A stretch of 64,000 nucleotides of DNA from Botryllus schlosseri (Eukaryota): positions 6,138,001 to 6,202,000 of the forward strand of contig CM119384.1 of NCBI GenBank assembly GCA_051294905.1, given 5' to 3'. Below the pieces are notes generated by a model. It saw only the letters and a list, made by a program, of their open reading frames with translations, did no database searches and was not told where the DNA came from. Both the position numbers and the translations under genes were made by a program. Shown here in pieces: positions 50,984-63,817 of this stretch. Numbering within the stretch: position 1 is the first letter of the stretch; every line of letters starts with the position of its first letter.

Positions 50984-51436
50984 CACTACAAAAAAAAATT
51001 AGACAATTTGGTCTCAAAATTAGACAAATTTGGTCTCAAATTTAAGAAATGAGGTTGATTTGGTCTCATTTTACCACCCACTCACCATAAATGCTATTTT
51101 CGACTCAGACAACCATATATATATTGATCTGAATGGTATACGTGAGTAGTAAGTGGCATGTACCTTGATAACTATATCTAGTGAATACCTTGTAAACTTA
51201 GTACAGGATCATCTCAACACTGCAATTTCTGGTCTCTCTCATCCTTCCCCTCCTCCGCTCAGACCCCTAACATTGAAAAGGATGCCCCCAAGGCACTGCT
51301 ACCATTTTCGATCAATTTCTGGCTTACTTTTGAGACATAAAGTACTTGGTAAGACTAATTTGTCTTTAAGACTTTTTCTGCTAAAAAATCGATTTGAGAC
51401 ATTGAGACCAAACTTGTCTAATTTTTTTTTGTAGTG
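50984..51436. mobile_element. CACTA/EnSpm MITE copy 2
   Basis: Appears identical to 46800-47252; flanked by TA on both sides. Confidence 0.88.
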
Positions 51437-54400
51437 TATAGCTCGAAGCTAAAACCCGTCCACGAACTCCGGACCGTCAAAAATCCAGTTTCTATATGCG
51501 CAAATGAATTTATTGAATTCACGGGACTGTGATGGAAATATACATATTGAAACTGATATTATACGAGAAAAACAAATTGTTTTTAACATAAATACCCGCT
51601 TGAACCTTTCTCTATAGGAAATGATCATGAATTCTAGGAAAAAGGTAATGCAGAGGTGTCCAGGTCCGCTAATCTAATTGACGAACCTACGGGGCTCGTT
51701 CACTTTCGGACCAAAAATCAATTTTCTCCATAAGGATGTAGTAGAATTGGTCCTCAAGTGAACGAGCCCCGTCCCGGTCCGTATTGGGGCGCGTGTAGTC
51801 GCGTTTGTCGCGGGCGGACAGGGGTATCGGCGGTTGTTTTTGTTGTATTTCTGCGTATTCGGGTCGGATTCCGTCGCATATTTTGTTTGTGATTTTTTGC
51901 CGAGAACATATTAAAAAATTAATAAAAATGTTCGTGGTATCAGAGGATTTACTCAGATATCTACACCATCGAATGTTTACATTCGATATAGAAGCACTGT
52001 TGGAGCTCAAAAACTACCCATGCTTTCCAAATGAAAACCTGATTTTCAGTGCTGACATAAATGTATCACCGGCCCATCTGCATCCAGAGGCCTGCCCTTC
52101 TCTTTTCAAAGCCTGAATCTGATCCTTGTTGAAAAAACCTTCCTATCCTCCTCCATCTGTTCCTTGTTATCCGAGCTTACATCCAAGTTCCAAAACGATC
52201 ATAAATTGTGCAATTCCGCTATTAATCACATTCGGGTATCTTGTATGGTTTTCATTGTGTATTTGTATCGTCAAAATGCTACAATTAATTTCACAATGAT
52301 TTCGCATTACCAGCGATTTCAACCGCGCGCGCAATTTCTTCGTCTTTCTCCCTGAATTTCTTTGCACTGTATTCCGTGGCACACAAGACCTAAACAGGTG
52401 ATAAGGGCCACTCTATAAACTTTTAATCATAATAATAACGCGCAATTTCTTCATCTTTCTCCTGACACCGGCCTTGTAGCTGCAAATTGTAAGATGGGTG
52501 ACTTTATATCGTATTGGGTGGTCTATCCTGTTACAGTATGTATGCGGCAAGTTTCTATTGGCCATATTGAATCTTACTAGCTCCATCTCCTGCTTCAACA
52601 GGATACAATTCTCACAAGAAGCCTTTAGGTTGAGATTCTAAATATATCGCCATATGTAGGCCTACAATTCGTTGATGCAGCCCAGAAATGCATTTTGCTG
52701 TGGTAGTCCGGGGTGATCTGAAATAAAAACGACCAGCAGACAACGAAAATACATAAATTCACCTTGGTTTCTATGTCCAATATACCAGTTGCGGGCGTAA
52801 TCCCATAAATATCACTGCCAATATGAACGAAAACTACAGCCTCACACATAGGTTCAGGCTGTTTTTGTGGTCTTTTGAGACCAAAATGGATGCCGCAACG
52901 TAACAGTGGCATGACGCAACAATGACCTCGCACTTCTTGCCCTTCTACATTCTTTGGGCGCAACCATTCCGTATACTTTTTCGCTCTTCATTTTCGCCTT
53001 TGGTGGGAGGGATTCGAGCCCCGGCGCGGCGTGGCGGCGAGGCAAGCACAGTGCTTATACCCATTAGGCCACGACGCCCTCGAGAGCGGGAGACGATACG
53101 CGGCAATTCGAGTTCGCACGCTCGCGTCATCCGCTGGAGGTCTCTCGCATAATCCCGCGGTTCCCGCCGTCCGCGAGCGGGCTCGTAGTTTGGGGCCGGG
53201 CGAACACAATGGCACGGGCACTCAAAAATGAACAGAGTAACAATTTTAAAGATTCTAATCGTGTAGTGATACATGATTTCTTAGCGTACTGAAATTAGAC
53301 GATCCTGTCGAAGTTACATTATGGCATCCACTGTTGGGGGGCTGCCAGTAAAACTGCACTCAAGCCACTGCAGAAACTACAGCATAAAGTGCTCCGAATC
53401 ATAGCTAGGGCCCCAAAGGGGCCTGGCTGCTCATCCAATAAGTCGCTGCTGAAGAGATTCGGCGTCCTAAACATAGAAGATATGCGGAAACTAGAAATCG
53501 CCAAGTTTATGTATCAGTTTCACTGCGGTCGTTGCCCCGAATATCTCAGTGACTTCTTTACCTCTGAATCAAAAGCGCACAAGTACAACACACGCGCGTC
53601 CACGTCGTCCAAATATCATATGATCGACCGAAAAGATCATCGCTCCATCAAATATGCCGGACCTGATGTGTGGAACAGTATCCCGCCGGCCATCCGACAG
53701 TCGACGAGCATGTCCACATTCAAGTCGAAATACAAGCAATTACTACTAAATAAATACAGTCCATCCTCAAGATTACCGGACCACGACTGACCTATCGATC
53801 TCGCTTCCCATGACATGCCGCCCTATTTCTTGTCGCTTTCTTTTTCTATACTGTATTCTTTACTTTCATTCAGTGTGCATGCCTCCTCTTTACTACGCCT
53901 AGGCCAAGGTGGGTGTCCGATTCCATTGACAAATCCAAGTCGCTTCGACATCTTCCTGTCTATTCATTGTATCGCATTTTTTGTGGTGTATTGAACTGAT
54001 AAAATTGCTAATAAACCAATGATGATGTCGCTAAGAGTTAATTTATAGTTTCGAAGTAATTTCCCAACGCGTTGCGGCATACGAAGCGGGGTGCGTCATT
54101 GTATATGAGATATCTGTGAAGTCGTGGTCGAGCCGCGGCAACAGTGACAATGGATGCGCAATAGGACTGTTGAAAAATAACCTTTATTTCTGAATCTTGC
54201 TGGTTACGTGATTAAATCGATAAAACGACGTACACCAGATTCGAATTCATTCTAACCAATATTCGCGGATTTAGTACAGCATGAAAATTTTGAATTCCAA
54301 GCATTTTGAATTCCAAGCCGTAGAAGTGGAGTGATTTCAATTTTTCTTTGATAAATCTTTGATAATTCCGGGATTATCCTTGATCGGTGGATCACCCCAG

Positions 54401-55167
54401 AATTATCATCAAAAATGCGCAATTAAACGGGTACGCTCGAAAAATATACCTGTCCTGTCGCAATTACATTTAATCCGATGCGAAACTGACATTTTATTCG
54501 CTGTGGCCACTCTACATGTGTAATTTGTATACATTTCAACTTTCCACGCCGTTCTCATTGATAATCGAACACTCGACACGACTCGAAGCCCAATACACAT
54601 TGTCGTCTACTTATGACCCGTCGTTTCTAAAAGCTTATCGCTCTTTCAATTTAGAGTCCCAATTTCCAGCGCGGCGCTCGACGCTCAGGCTATCGCTCTC
54701 CCCCGTGGCGAGCGAGGGCCGATCAAAATGGGCTTTTGCCGCGTTGTAGTACTGGTTGGCGACGTGGCAGAACCGGGCTGCGGTCATCGCCTGAACAGGT
54801 CTGAACTGCCCCTCAGACGATCGCGGGTCAGATGGGGCTGCGGGTCTTGCTAGCTCCGCGAAACGCGGCTTTAGGAAGTAGAAGTGTTAATTTTGCACAG
54901 CTCGATCGAGCCGCCCCGCCGTCGAAAACCGGTCGTTTACGCAGCCGTCTCGCGCGGATCCGGAACTTGCGCGCCGGTCAACGCGCGAACACGTTCCGCC
55001 CCGCGAACCGATTCGGATCGGTCGGCCACTTCCGGGGTCGGCGCCACGGCCCGGGTCACGACGAACACTAGCACAGAAAGCCGTGCCCCGACCGGCGTCG
55101 GCCGTCGCCGAGAGCTTCATCGTTTCGTTCGCGTCTGCTCGTTCGGCAGTCGTTGGTTATATACGTA

Positions 55168-55620
55168 CACTACAAAAAAAAATTAGACAATTTGGTCTCA
55201 AAATTAGACAAATTTGGTCTCAAATTTAAGAAATGAGGTTGATTTGGTCTCATTTTACCACCCACTCACCATAAATGCTATTTTCGACTCAGACAACCAT
55301 ATATATATTGATCTGAATGGTATACGTGAGTAGTAAGTGGCATGTACCTTGATAACTATATCTAGTGAATACCTTGTAAACTTAGTACAGGATCATCTCA
55401 ACACTGCAATTTCTGGTCTCTCTCATCCTTCCCCTCCTCCGCTCAGACCCCTAACATTGAAAAGGATGCCCCCAAGGCACTGCTACCATTTTCGATCAAT
55501 TTCTGGCTTACTTTTGAGACATAAAGTACTTGGTAAGACTAATTTGTCTTTAAGACTTTTTCTGCTAAAAAATCGATTTGAGACATTGAGACCAAACTTG
55601 TCTAATTTTTTTTTGTAGTG
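55168..55620. mobile_element. CACTA/EnSpm MITE copy 3
   Basis: Appears identical to copies 1 and 2; followed by ta and unique sequence. Confidence 0.88.
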
Positions 55621-56114
55621 TATATGATACCTCTACTGCAGTTTACTTAAGTATCACCGATGCAATGAGCAATGACTATATACTCATAAATAGTTTCATG
55701 TCCGTGTTACAGAGCCCTTATTTGGAAACTACAAACTCCTATCGATAATGTCACCAACTGTCCTACTTGAGTTACACCAATGTAGGCTACTATTTTGACC
55801 TCGCGAGTAACTATATATATTTTATCATTCTACTTGAGTAGCATCAATGTCGGCAACCATCAGGTCTCTTCCAGGAAATATGTTTCATTCTTCTTCTTGA
55901 GTAGCTGCCAACATTGAGGCTATACTGAAGTAAAATAGTTCGCGACATTGGCAACATTGACTAGATGGATGCACTCATTCGTTTGTTCCCTGACACTTTT
56001 GATTCATTGACTGCAATGCCATTCTTGTTGAACTTGTCTTATTGTGATGATCTTAACGCTGGCGAACCTAGCTCAAAATTTAATATAACCTCATACTGAA
56101 ATGGAAGCTATTAC

Positions 56115-57270
56115 TAGGCTTACCATACGTCCCGTTTTAGGCGGGATTGTCCCGCTTTTTAACTTATTGTCCCGGCGTCCTGACCAGTCAGCCAAACGTC
56201 CCGCTTTTTAAGGCCGTAAGGTACTGCTGAACTAACAAAATTTTCCAATTTTTTTTATTGCAGAATCCTAAAGTATGAAACTAGTTCTTTTCAAAAATGT
56301 ATTGCTTTTGTCTGATTTCGAATTAGAAGTATGTTAAAATACGATTTTAAAATACGATTTGAAATCAACCATTCTCGTAGAAATTCACCCCCCATACAAG
56401 TTCATTGATTTAAACTCACTCAAAATTGTTATAATTCCTCTGCCGTGAGCATTACCGGTATTTGCTACAGAAAAGGAGGGGCTAATACGCCCTACCTATA
56501 TCTTTACCACCCCTGACGACGTGAGATGCTATGGTAGAGTTGCTTTGGACTGAGTCATATTCATGCTACTATATTATTACCCTCTGCTTATACTATAAAT
56601 TATTTTGCTAATCTTATTTCCTTATTATGACTTTACCTTTATACTTTATCTTCCCATAAGAACTCTTTATCCTATGTACTCCCAGATTTTATGTTACATA
56701 ATATCTACCCAAAACACCCATGCTTTGAATTCTTGTCGGTAGGGTCAAGCCCGCCTATGAGAGCTTACGGATGAAGATCCTTTGGCTAAAACACCAGAAT
56801 GTCTTGTTCACTAAATTCCTACCAATATATATATCTTAAATGTATATATTATATCATGTCTTAAATCTGAACAAGAACTGTGGAGGATCCATTGCGGAAA
56901 CTCTGTACTACGCCCTTACGGGCGTAGCTATTAGTTTTTCTCGCTATGCTGCCTTGGGCAGCTTAATATTGTAAAATTCTGATCTGGGCCACGGAACATT
57001 TTCAAATTGGAGGCGGAGTCGCCCAGAAGTTGCATCGATTACCCCATAGTGTGGGCTCAAAATCATTGTTTATTTGGGCGGGAGGGGGCTAAAACATGTG
57101 CTTTCGGTCCCGGTTACACAACACACAGCCGCATACTCCTGAACCGGACCGTGACAACCTCGGGTCTATGAGCAAAGCGTTGCTAGTGTGACGTCATAAT
57201 CCAATTTGAAATCCACTAGTGGGCGCTAAAAAGTGTCCCGAATTTGGGTTGCTGAAATATGGTAACCCTA
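56115..57270. mobile_element. Non-autonomous hAT (Ac-type) element
   Basis: Ends taggcttaccata / tatggtaacccta; perfect 8-bp TSD gctattac. Confidence 0.87.
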
Positions 57271-57963
57271 GCTATTACGAATATTTACACTGATTCCTAA
57301 ATATCACTGGCTCGCATCATTTTCTATCCGGTCTTTGCATACCTTGTTTACCTATCTCATGCCATCTCAACAGTTGCACTTGCGCGGCATATTCATAATT
57401 CCCCAAGCCTCCCGAACCATTCTGTCCAATTAGCACTATATGTTTTGCTGGATAAGTCGGGTCAATGTTATATTGCAAACACACACTGCAAGTGATGAGT
57501 CCATTAGTTCTGAGTTAGCTGCAATTGTCACTGTAAATGTAAAGACACTTATTATGGCAATGACATGTACTTGTTGATTGTCCCTTGTCTTATGACATTG
57601 ATCATCAAATTATCATTAACTGGCAATCGATATCCACATATCATAACGAATCATTCATTTCTTGTATACACAGTATCCAACATTTTTTGCTCAAATTCTC
57701 ATAATAGTAATTCACTGAGAAATATATATAAATATTGAAATAAACCCGTATATTTTCAGTTGACACTCTGCATGGATAATCGTCAGCAACCATAGTGAAG
57801 CATTGAAAAAAACATTGTGTATCACCAATCACAGCGCCAAATATGTAAAATTGATATCTTTGATTCTACAGTTGATACTACGTCTAGGCATGAGAATTTT
57901 ATAACGAATGGTCCAGGCCATTGATGTGGAGAAATTTCTCAAGTTCCCCGAATAGTTTTGTAT

Positions 57964-59505
57964 ATGGCTGGTAGGGAAAAAAAGAGATCATCACCCCGTA
58001 AACGCACAAGAAACGCTAGCAAGAGCACAGATAGGAAGACCACCGGTGTCAATACTCGCAACTCAACGTCGAAAAGCGCCCGGAACTCCCCGATCAACAG
58101 TCCGAAGAAAAGAGTAAAACGCGACAGCAAAGTACAAATCGATACAAAAGCAGAAAACGGTACAAACGGAACGAAAACCGAGAAAGAGCTTCTGGTTTGT
58201 GTTCTGGAGAAGCAAGCAGGAATGTTACAAAAAACTCGAAGTAGTACTCGCCATGTGGAAAGAGGAGAGGCTGCGACTATCCAAAAACTCGCTACTTCAG
58301 TAGCAAAATTGGAAATCGGCAATTGCGAAAAGGGCGGAATAGAGCAATACTACCACACGAAAATCCGAGACTTGCAAATGGTCGTGAACGAAAAAGCCAA
58401 AAATGTACGCAGACTGCAAGCTCAGCGCAACGAGTTGAATTCAAAAGTACGCATGTTACGAGAGGAATTACAGCTCCTGCAAGAACAAGGGTCATCTGTC
58501 GGAGAAGTCGTCAAGCCCATCGACAAGAAAAAGGTTCTTGTAAAGGTTCATCCCGAGGGAAAGTTTGTTGTCGATATCGACAAGGCCATTAATATCGAAG
58601 ACGTGACACCAAACTCTCGTGTGGCGCTGAGAAGCGACAGCTACGTCCTGCACAAGATTCTGCCCAACAAAGTCGACCCTCTCGTGTCTCTTATGATGGT
58701 GGAAAAAGTGCCAGACTCCACCTACGAAATGGTCGGCGGCTTGGACAAGCAGATCAAAGAAATTAAAGAGGTAATCGAATTGCCGGTGAAACATCCAGAG
58801 CTTTTTGAAGCTCTCGGCATCGCGCAGCCGAAGGGAGTACTTTTGTACGGACCTCCAGGCACCGGGAAGACCTTGCTCGCGAGAGCTGTTGCTCATCACA
58901 CGGACTGCACTTTCATCAGAGTGTCGGGATCGGAGCTGGTTCAGAAATTTATCGGAGAAGGATCAAGAATGGTGCGAGAGCTGTTTGTAATGGCTCGCGA
59001 GCATGCTCCGTCTATCATCTTCATGGACGAAATTGATTCTATCGGCTCCTCAAGGCTGGAAAGTGGAAGCGGTGGCGGAGATTCCGAGGTGCAGAGGACG
59101 ATGCTGGAACTGCTAAACCAACTGGACGGTTTTGAGGCTCATCAAAATATCAAAGTCATCATGGCCACCAATCGTATCGATATTCTCGACAGTGCGTTGC
59201 TCAGACCCGGCCGAATCGACCGGAAAATCGAGTTCCCCCCACCGAACGAGGCCGCTAGGCTCGACATTTTGAGGATCCACTCGAGGAAGATGAATTTGAC
59301 GCGAGGCATCGATCTCGGGAAGATTGCCGAGCAAATGCCCGGAGCTTCCGGGGCTGAAGTGAAAGGCGTCTGTACGGAAGCCGGGATGTACGCGCTGAGG
59401 GAACGCCGCGTCCACGTGACACAGGAAGACTTTGAAATGTCGGTCGCTAAGATAATGCAAAAAGACACCGAAAAGAACATGTCCATGAAGAAACTTTGGA
59501 AGTAA
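57964..59505 (+). CDS. PSMC5: 26S proteasome AAA-ATPase Rpt6: 513 aa unspliced, or 403 aa if 57971-58300 is spliced out
   Basis: Near-identical to Rpt6 from IEQYY onward: [19 protein letters not shown] (Walker A), IIFMDEID (Walker B), [10 protein letters not shown], and the C-terminus MSMKKLWK. First ATG at 57964 (the ORF track starts at a TTG). AATAAA at ~59690. Confidence 0.97.
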   Translation: MAGREKKRSSPRKRTRNASKSTDRKTTGVNTRNSTSKSARNSPINSPKKRVKRDSKVQIDTKAENGTNGTKTEKELLVCVLEKQAGMLQKTRSSTRHVERGEAATIQKLATSVAKLEIGNCEKGGIEQYYHTKIRDLQMVVNEKAKNVRRLQAQRNELNSKVRMLREELQLLQEQGSSVGEVVKPIDKKKVLVKVHPEGKFVVDIDKAINIEDVTPNSRVALRSDSYVLHKILPNKVDPLVSLMMVEKVPDSTYEMVGGLDKQIKEIKEVIELPVKHPELFEALGIAQPKGVLLYGPPGTGKTLLARAVAHHTDCTFIRVSGSELVQKFIGEGSRMVRELFVMAREHAPSIIFMDEIDSIGSSRLESGSGGGDSEVQRTMLELLNQLDGFEAHQNIKVIMATNRIDILDSALLRPGRIDRKIEFPPPNEAARLDILRIHSRKMNLTRGIDLGKIAEQMPGASGAEVKGVCTEAGMYALRERRVHVTQEDFEMSVAKIMQKDTEKNMSMKKLWK

Positions 59506-59774
59506 AAACGTGTTTTTGACTCGCGCGCGAGCCTTGGCTTGCAATATCTACTTGAAATGCTACGCTTCGTGTTTGTTTGCATTTCCGAATACGGATCGGT
59601 TCCTTTTCTTCTGAACAAGCAGTCGCGTATTGTGCGGCATTAGGGAAATTTCTGGTCGATCGCTCGGCGTTATGTGAAAACGAAATGTAAATAAATTTAT
59701 GGCAACTTGAAACATGTGTGGGAAGTCTTGATTTACACGTATGCTAAGATCAATGGGTCCTTTAATGTCATGAG

Positions 59775-62618
59775 TAGGGCGATTTTTTTACCTACAAAAC
59801 GGAAGATTTTGACCTAAAAAATCGAAGTTCTGACAATTTTTGACCTTAAAAATCTTGATTTTGACCTAACGTATGCAAATTAGGTGTTTTCCCACACATA
59901 GGCGCCGAAATGGTTCCATATCGATGACGTCATCGTCGTACTAGAACGCACTTTACTACATGCCGCTGGTGTACGTCCGTGCAGCGCTAAACCATCGTGC
60001 GACGTTGTATTACCGGCCCCTCACTCATTAATATCAAACCATGCAGTAGAGTTATTGAATGGAATCTAAAAGCGGTACGATCATTCAAGAGTGTGATTGC
60101 GCTACTAGTCCGTTCGACGGAATATAGACGGCTCCCGTTCAAATGCACCGAACAAGAATCAGAATTTACGTCACTGAGAATTTGGAGTTGCATTAATGTT
60201 ATTCACGCGCAATGCACCGTGTAAGTAACGAAATATACTACGCAGTGGCCTGGCAAGTTCGCAAGTAACACACGACAACTCTCGAAAACGAGGTTTCAAG
60301 CAGACAATGATAATCACAAACGCGAAATCGCGCAACCAATCAGTAATTGTCTCTTGAAGTTTCTGGCTTCGCGTTTAGTAGCTCGCATCGCGGCAATTGT
60401 TTGCAGATTAAAACAGCGATTTTGGCGCATTGGTGCATTTCCCTATTTTCGTTCGCGTCTTCGCTAAGCATTTTTGGAGTACATCGGACCATCGGTGTAT
60501 ATGACGTAAAGGAAAAATTATGTAACGTCCTATCCCAATTTAATATAACGATTATGGGCTAGAATCAATTCCGCTTCCGGGCGTATGCCGCGATCTTATC
60601 ACTGGAAATCCACTGTCTACCAAATGTCCAATAGTTTGAAATTCGATATTGTTGTTCTCGATACGAGTACGTCCAGCTATCAAGTTTAGGGAATATAGAA
60701 GGTTCCCTGTTCAAACGAATCGAATAAATTCAGAATTTGTGCCACCCAGAATCTCATGATGCATCAGTATTTCACAAAGCATGGCCTACCGCACGTTAAT
60801 AACGAAAGGAACACTGAAAAATGGCATTGTGCGACAATTGCGGAGTACGAATGTATCAAGCAGAAAACAAGAAATATAGATGATGGGAAACGAGAAAGCG
60901 TGTGTTCTCATCGGTATCGCCACGAATGGGTTTTGTGTCTGACACCTTATTGAGTAGCTTTCCTCGCGACAATTGTTTTCTCATTATATCAGTGTTTAAG
61001 CTGTATTGCTGATTTCTCGATTAATGTCACTAGCAAAGTCTTATTAGAGAAACGAATATGCGCAGAAATGAATTCCAATTTGCAGGCATACACGAATACA
61101 CTGCCCAATTTCGCGCTCCGATTACCAAGACTATCACGAAGCCAGCTTGCGCAAGGATTGTTTTGTAAACGAATACGGGCGCACATAATTTTAGATTGTA
61201 GAAAAGCATTTGGACGCCTGATCAGGAGAGGAGTTCTGGGATCGTGCATCTCAGCACACGCTAGGCGCGTAGCCGGCCGAAAAATGAGGGCGATTTGGAT
61301 TTTTTCAAATTTACCGATGGCATCAATTCATTAGGGTTAAGTACATGCCTAAATGACGAGCATATAATATCCTCATCGTGTTGACGATTCTAGTATGATA
61401 AGCTTGCCAAAGAGTCCGGAAGTGCCGTCAATTAGCGAGTCCCCGATCTCTGGTGAATAATTAAATATGCGCGCGTATTACGCAGCCTCGGCGATAGTTT
61501 TCGCAAATCAAAATCTACGTACAACCTGACCGCACCGATTTTAGGTGGTTGAGACCTTTCTCGTCTTTTAGAACTCAAGCCTTGATACACATCTTCTGAT
61601 CGCTACGTTTAAGTATTAGCGGAAATCAATTAAGCACGTTAAAGTCTGTTTGCGGCGATTCGACATTATTCAGTTTCGCGATGTTGCTCTTTATTCACTA
61701 TGACATATTAACAATCACTAATCAGCGTAAACTCGACCGCGTTTTCTCCAAACCAGCGACAGATAGAAGCCAAAGCATGCTAGACCCGAGACGCGATAGT
61801 TAGGCCAGTAATGACCTTTTTCGCGCCAGGCCTATGCGATTGTGTAGGCCAGCTGCGCTACCTCGTAAGTCGGCGCTTATGTTCCCACATAATGTTATAA
61901 TTGTATTACTTATCTTCATTTCTGGTTGGAACTGTCTGTCCTTACGAAGTACAGTTTGGCCTGAAAAAAAACTTTTTTTGCCTCCAAAACTGACAAATTT
62001 TTACATGAAAAAACTTTATTTTAACGAAATCTGGCCCTATGAAGTATTCCAGTAGTTACATCACGCATTATGGTAGATTCAACGAAAGATACTTTCCTAC
62101 AATCTCGGGTAAAATGTGTCCGTCCTTACAAAGTAGCTTGCCAAGAATGGAGAAAGAACGTTCAACAGCAGCAGTTGTTGGCAGACAACACTGAAGTTGT
62201 GCGTACGTACGCACACTGCTCGCAACAAACCGTGTTGTTTCATTCTAGCAATGGTGTCTAGCTGTCTACATCACAATTTTTCATCATGCGCTTCTTGATA
62301 TAAGAACCATGCAATGCCCACGCACTCTTGCTTCAGTTGGAATATTGCGGTACGTTGATCATAACACCATGTCAACCTATTTGTTTCATTTGAATGTTAT
62401 GATTCACAATGGGCCGTCTACAACGGCAGGCATATAGTATAAAGTAGGCTCCAAAAAAGCTGTGAAATGTCAAATGATAAGTTTACCGACAGTTCAAAAT
62501 CTACGATAGAAACGAAATGCAGGTTGCAAAAAACTTTCAACTTTGTCAAAAATTTTGACATTTTTCGATCTAACACTACAATTTTGACCTTTTTTGACAT
62601 GTCAAAAAAATCGCCCTA
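59775..62618. mobile_element. 2.8-kb non-autonomous hAT element
   Basis: Ends tagggcgattttttt / aaaaaaatcgcccta; perfect 8-bp TSD gtcatgag; no long ORF inside. Confidence 0.87.
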
Positions 62619-62879
62619 GTCATGAGGGATTACAAGTCGCTTTGTTTTCTATCAGTGCGAGTGTTTGTTGAAGATGGATTTGCAAAGCTGATTCCTCCAG
62701 GTCACATTACATTAACTGCAGTTACGTTTATGGATATAGCCAGGTGGTCAGTAACGAACTACTACTTTTTTGAAGTACTCAAGTATAGGATATGCCTACT
62801 TGCACTACTTACGCAAGTGTTTTTTTTTATAGACTACTTCCACTTTTTGTTGAACAGTTATGTAGGTACAACTGCTAAC

Positions 62880-63123
62880 CAGAGATGGTCAGTAGCGAAG
62901 TACTTCTACTTTTTGAAGAACTTGAAGTATATTTTCCTACTCGCATTACTTATTAGGTAGTTTTGATTTTAGACTACTTCTTCTACTTGACCGTTGACAG
63001 TTTTTGAGGCAAAAATAGGCATAGAATACTTACTTGTGAACCGCCTCTTCTACTTCTACTAGAGTAGAAATTCCGGCGTTACTTCTACTTGTGTAGCGAC
63101 GGTGACTACTTTGACCACCTCTG
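62880..63123. mobile_element. hAT MITE (aagtag family); a partial copy lies just upstream at ~62740-62870
   Basis: Ends cagagatggtca / tgaccacctctg; flanks ctgctaac / ctgctaat (7/8). Confidence 0.75.
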
Positions 63124-63817
63124 CTGCTAATTTTATAATCTTGGGATTTTGAAGAGTAGAAAGATGTCTTGGGAAGTGTTTTGGTTACTTTTATGTATTG
63201 AATCATCATATTAACGTGAAATATTCCACTACTAAATCCACTTTACGAAACTACTTTCTTGAGTACTATTCCCACCTTTTATTTCTACTTGAAGTCATTT
63301 TGACACGTCTTAGGAATCGCTCCTTGTAATTGTAGAGAAGATCATGACCAAAAAAATACGCAAGATTTATAGAAATGGGCAATTCGGCGCCGGCCATTAC
63401 CGCGCTACGACGCACCAAGACATATGAAGTTGGCCGAAAAGAACTGCTCTTATGCTGACCGTAAACTTCGATATATATACGTTACATATTTGTTCAATTG
63501 TCCATATAGGCGCTAAATGGCTGGCGCCGAATGTGTCCTGTCCTGGGAATCCGAACTCCACAAGACAAATGCCACCCCGCGGGAAAAAATTATTTGCCAG
63601 TGAAGAAATACCAATTTAAAATCGTGTGCGTCTTTTAGTTTAGTACGTTTGAGCGATTTCCATGTTTTTGACCTATAGCAGGCAGGATGTCTGGAAACAA
63701 CATCATTTAACGAAGTCATTATACCAACGAGTCCGCCCGAAACTGCTAATTATTATTTTACGGGTGCTACATTTTCCAAAACACCTCACTCAGCTGTACC
63801 GGTAAATCTGATTACGT

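Larger units (their letters stand above)
46800..55620. repeat. Tandem composite with 4184-bp period: MITE-core-MITE-core-MITE (8821 bp)
   Basis: Every ORF in 46969-51002 recurs at +4184. One visible difference between units: C47473 vs T51657. Outer flanks ...caatata|ta and ta|tatgat. Confidence 0.95.

Noticed and set aside
46800-55620. LTR retrotransposon or tandem provirus (direct 453-bp repeats as LTRs)
   Set aside because: The repeats end CACTA...TAGTG with their own inverted termini, not TG...CA. The core has no gag/pol, PBS or PPT.
57939-59618. Antisense and alternate-frame ORFs over PSMC5 and over the transposase (39845-43122)
   Set aside because: Shadows of long coding sequence, with no domain features.
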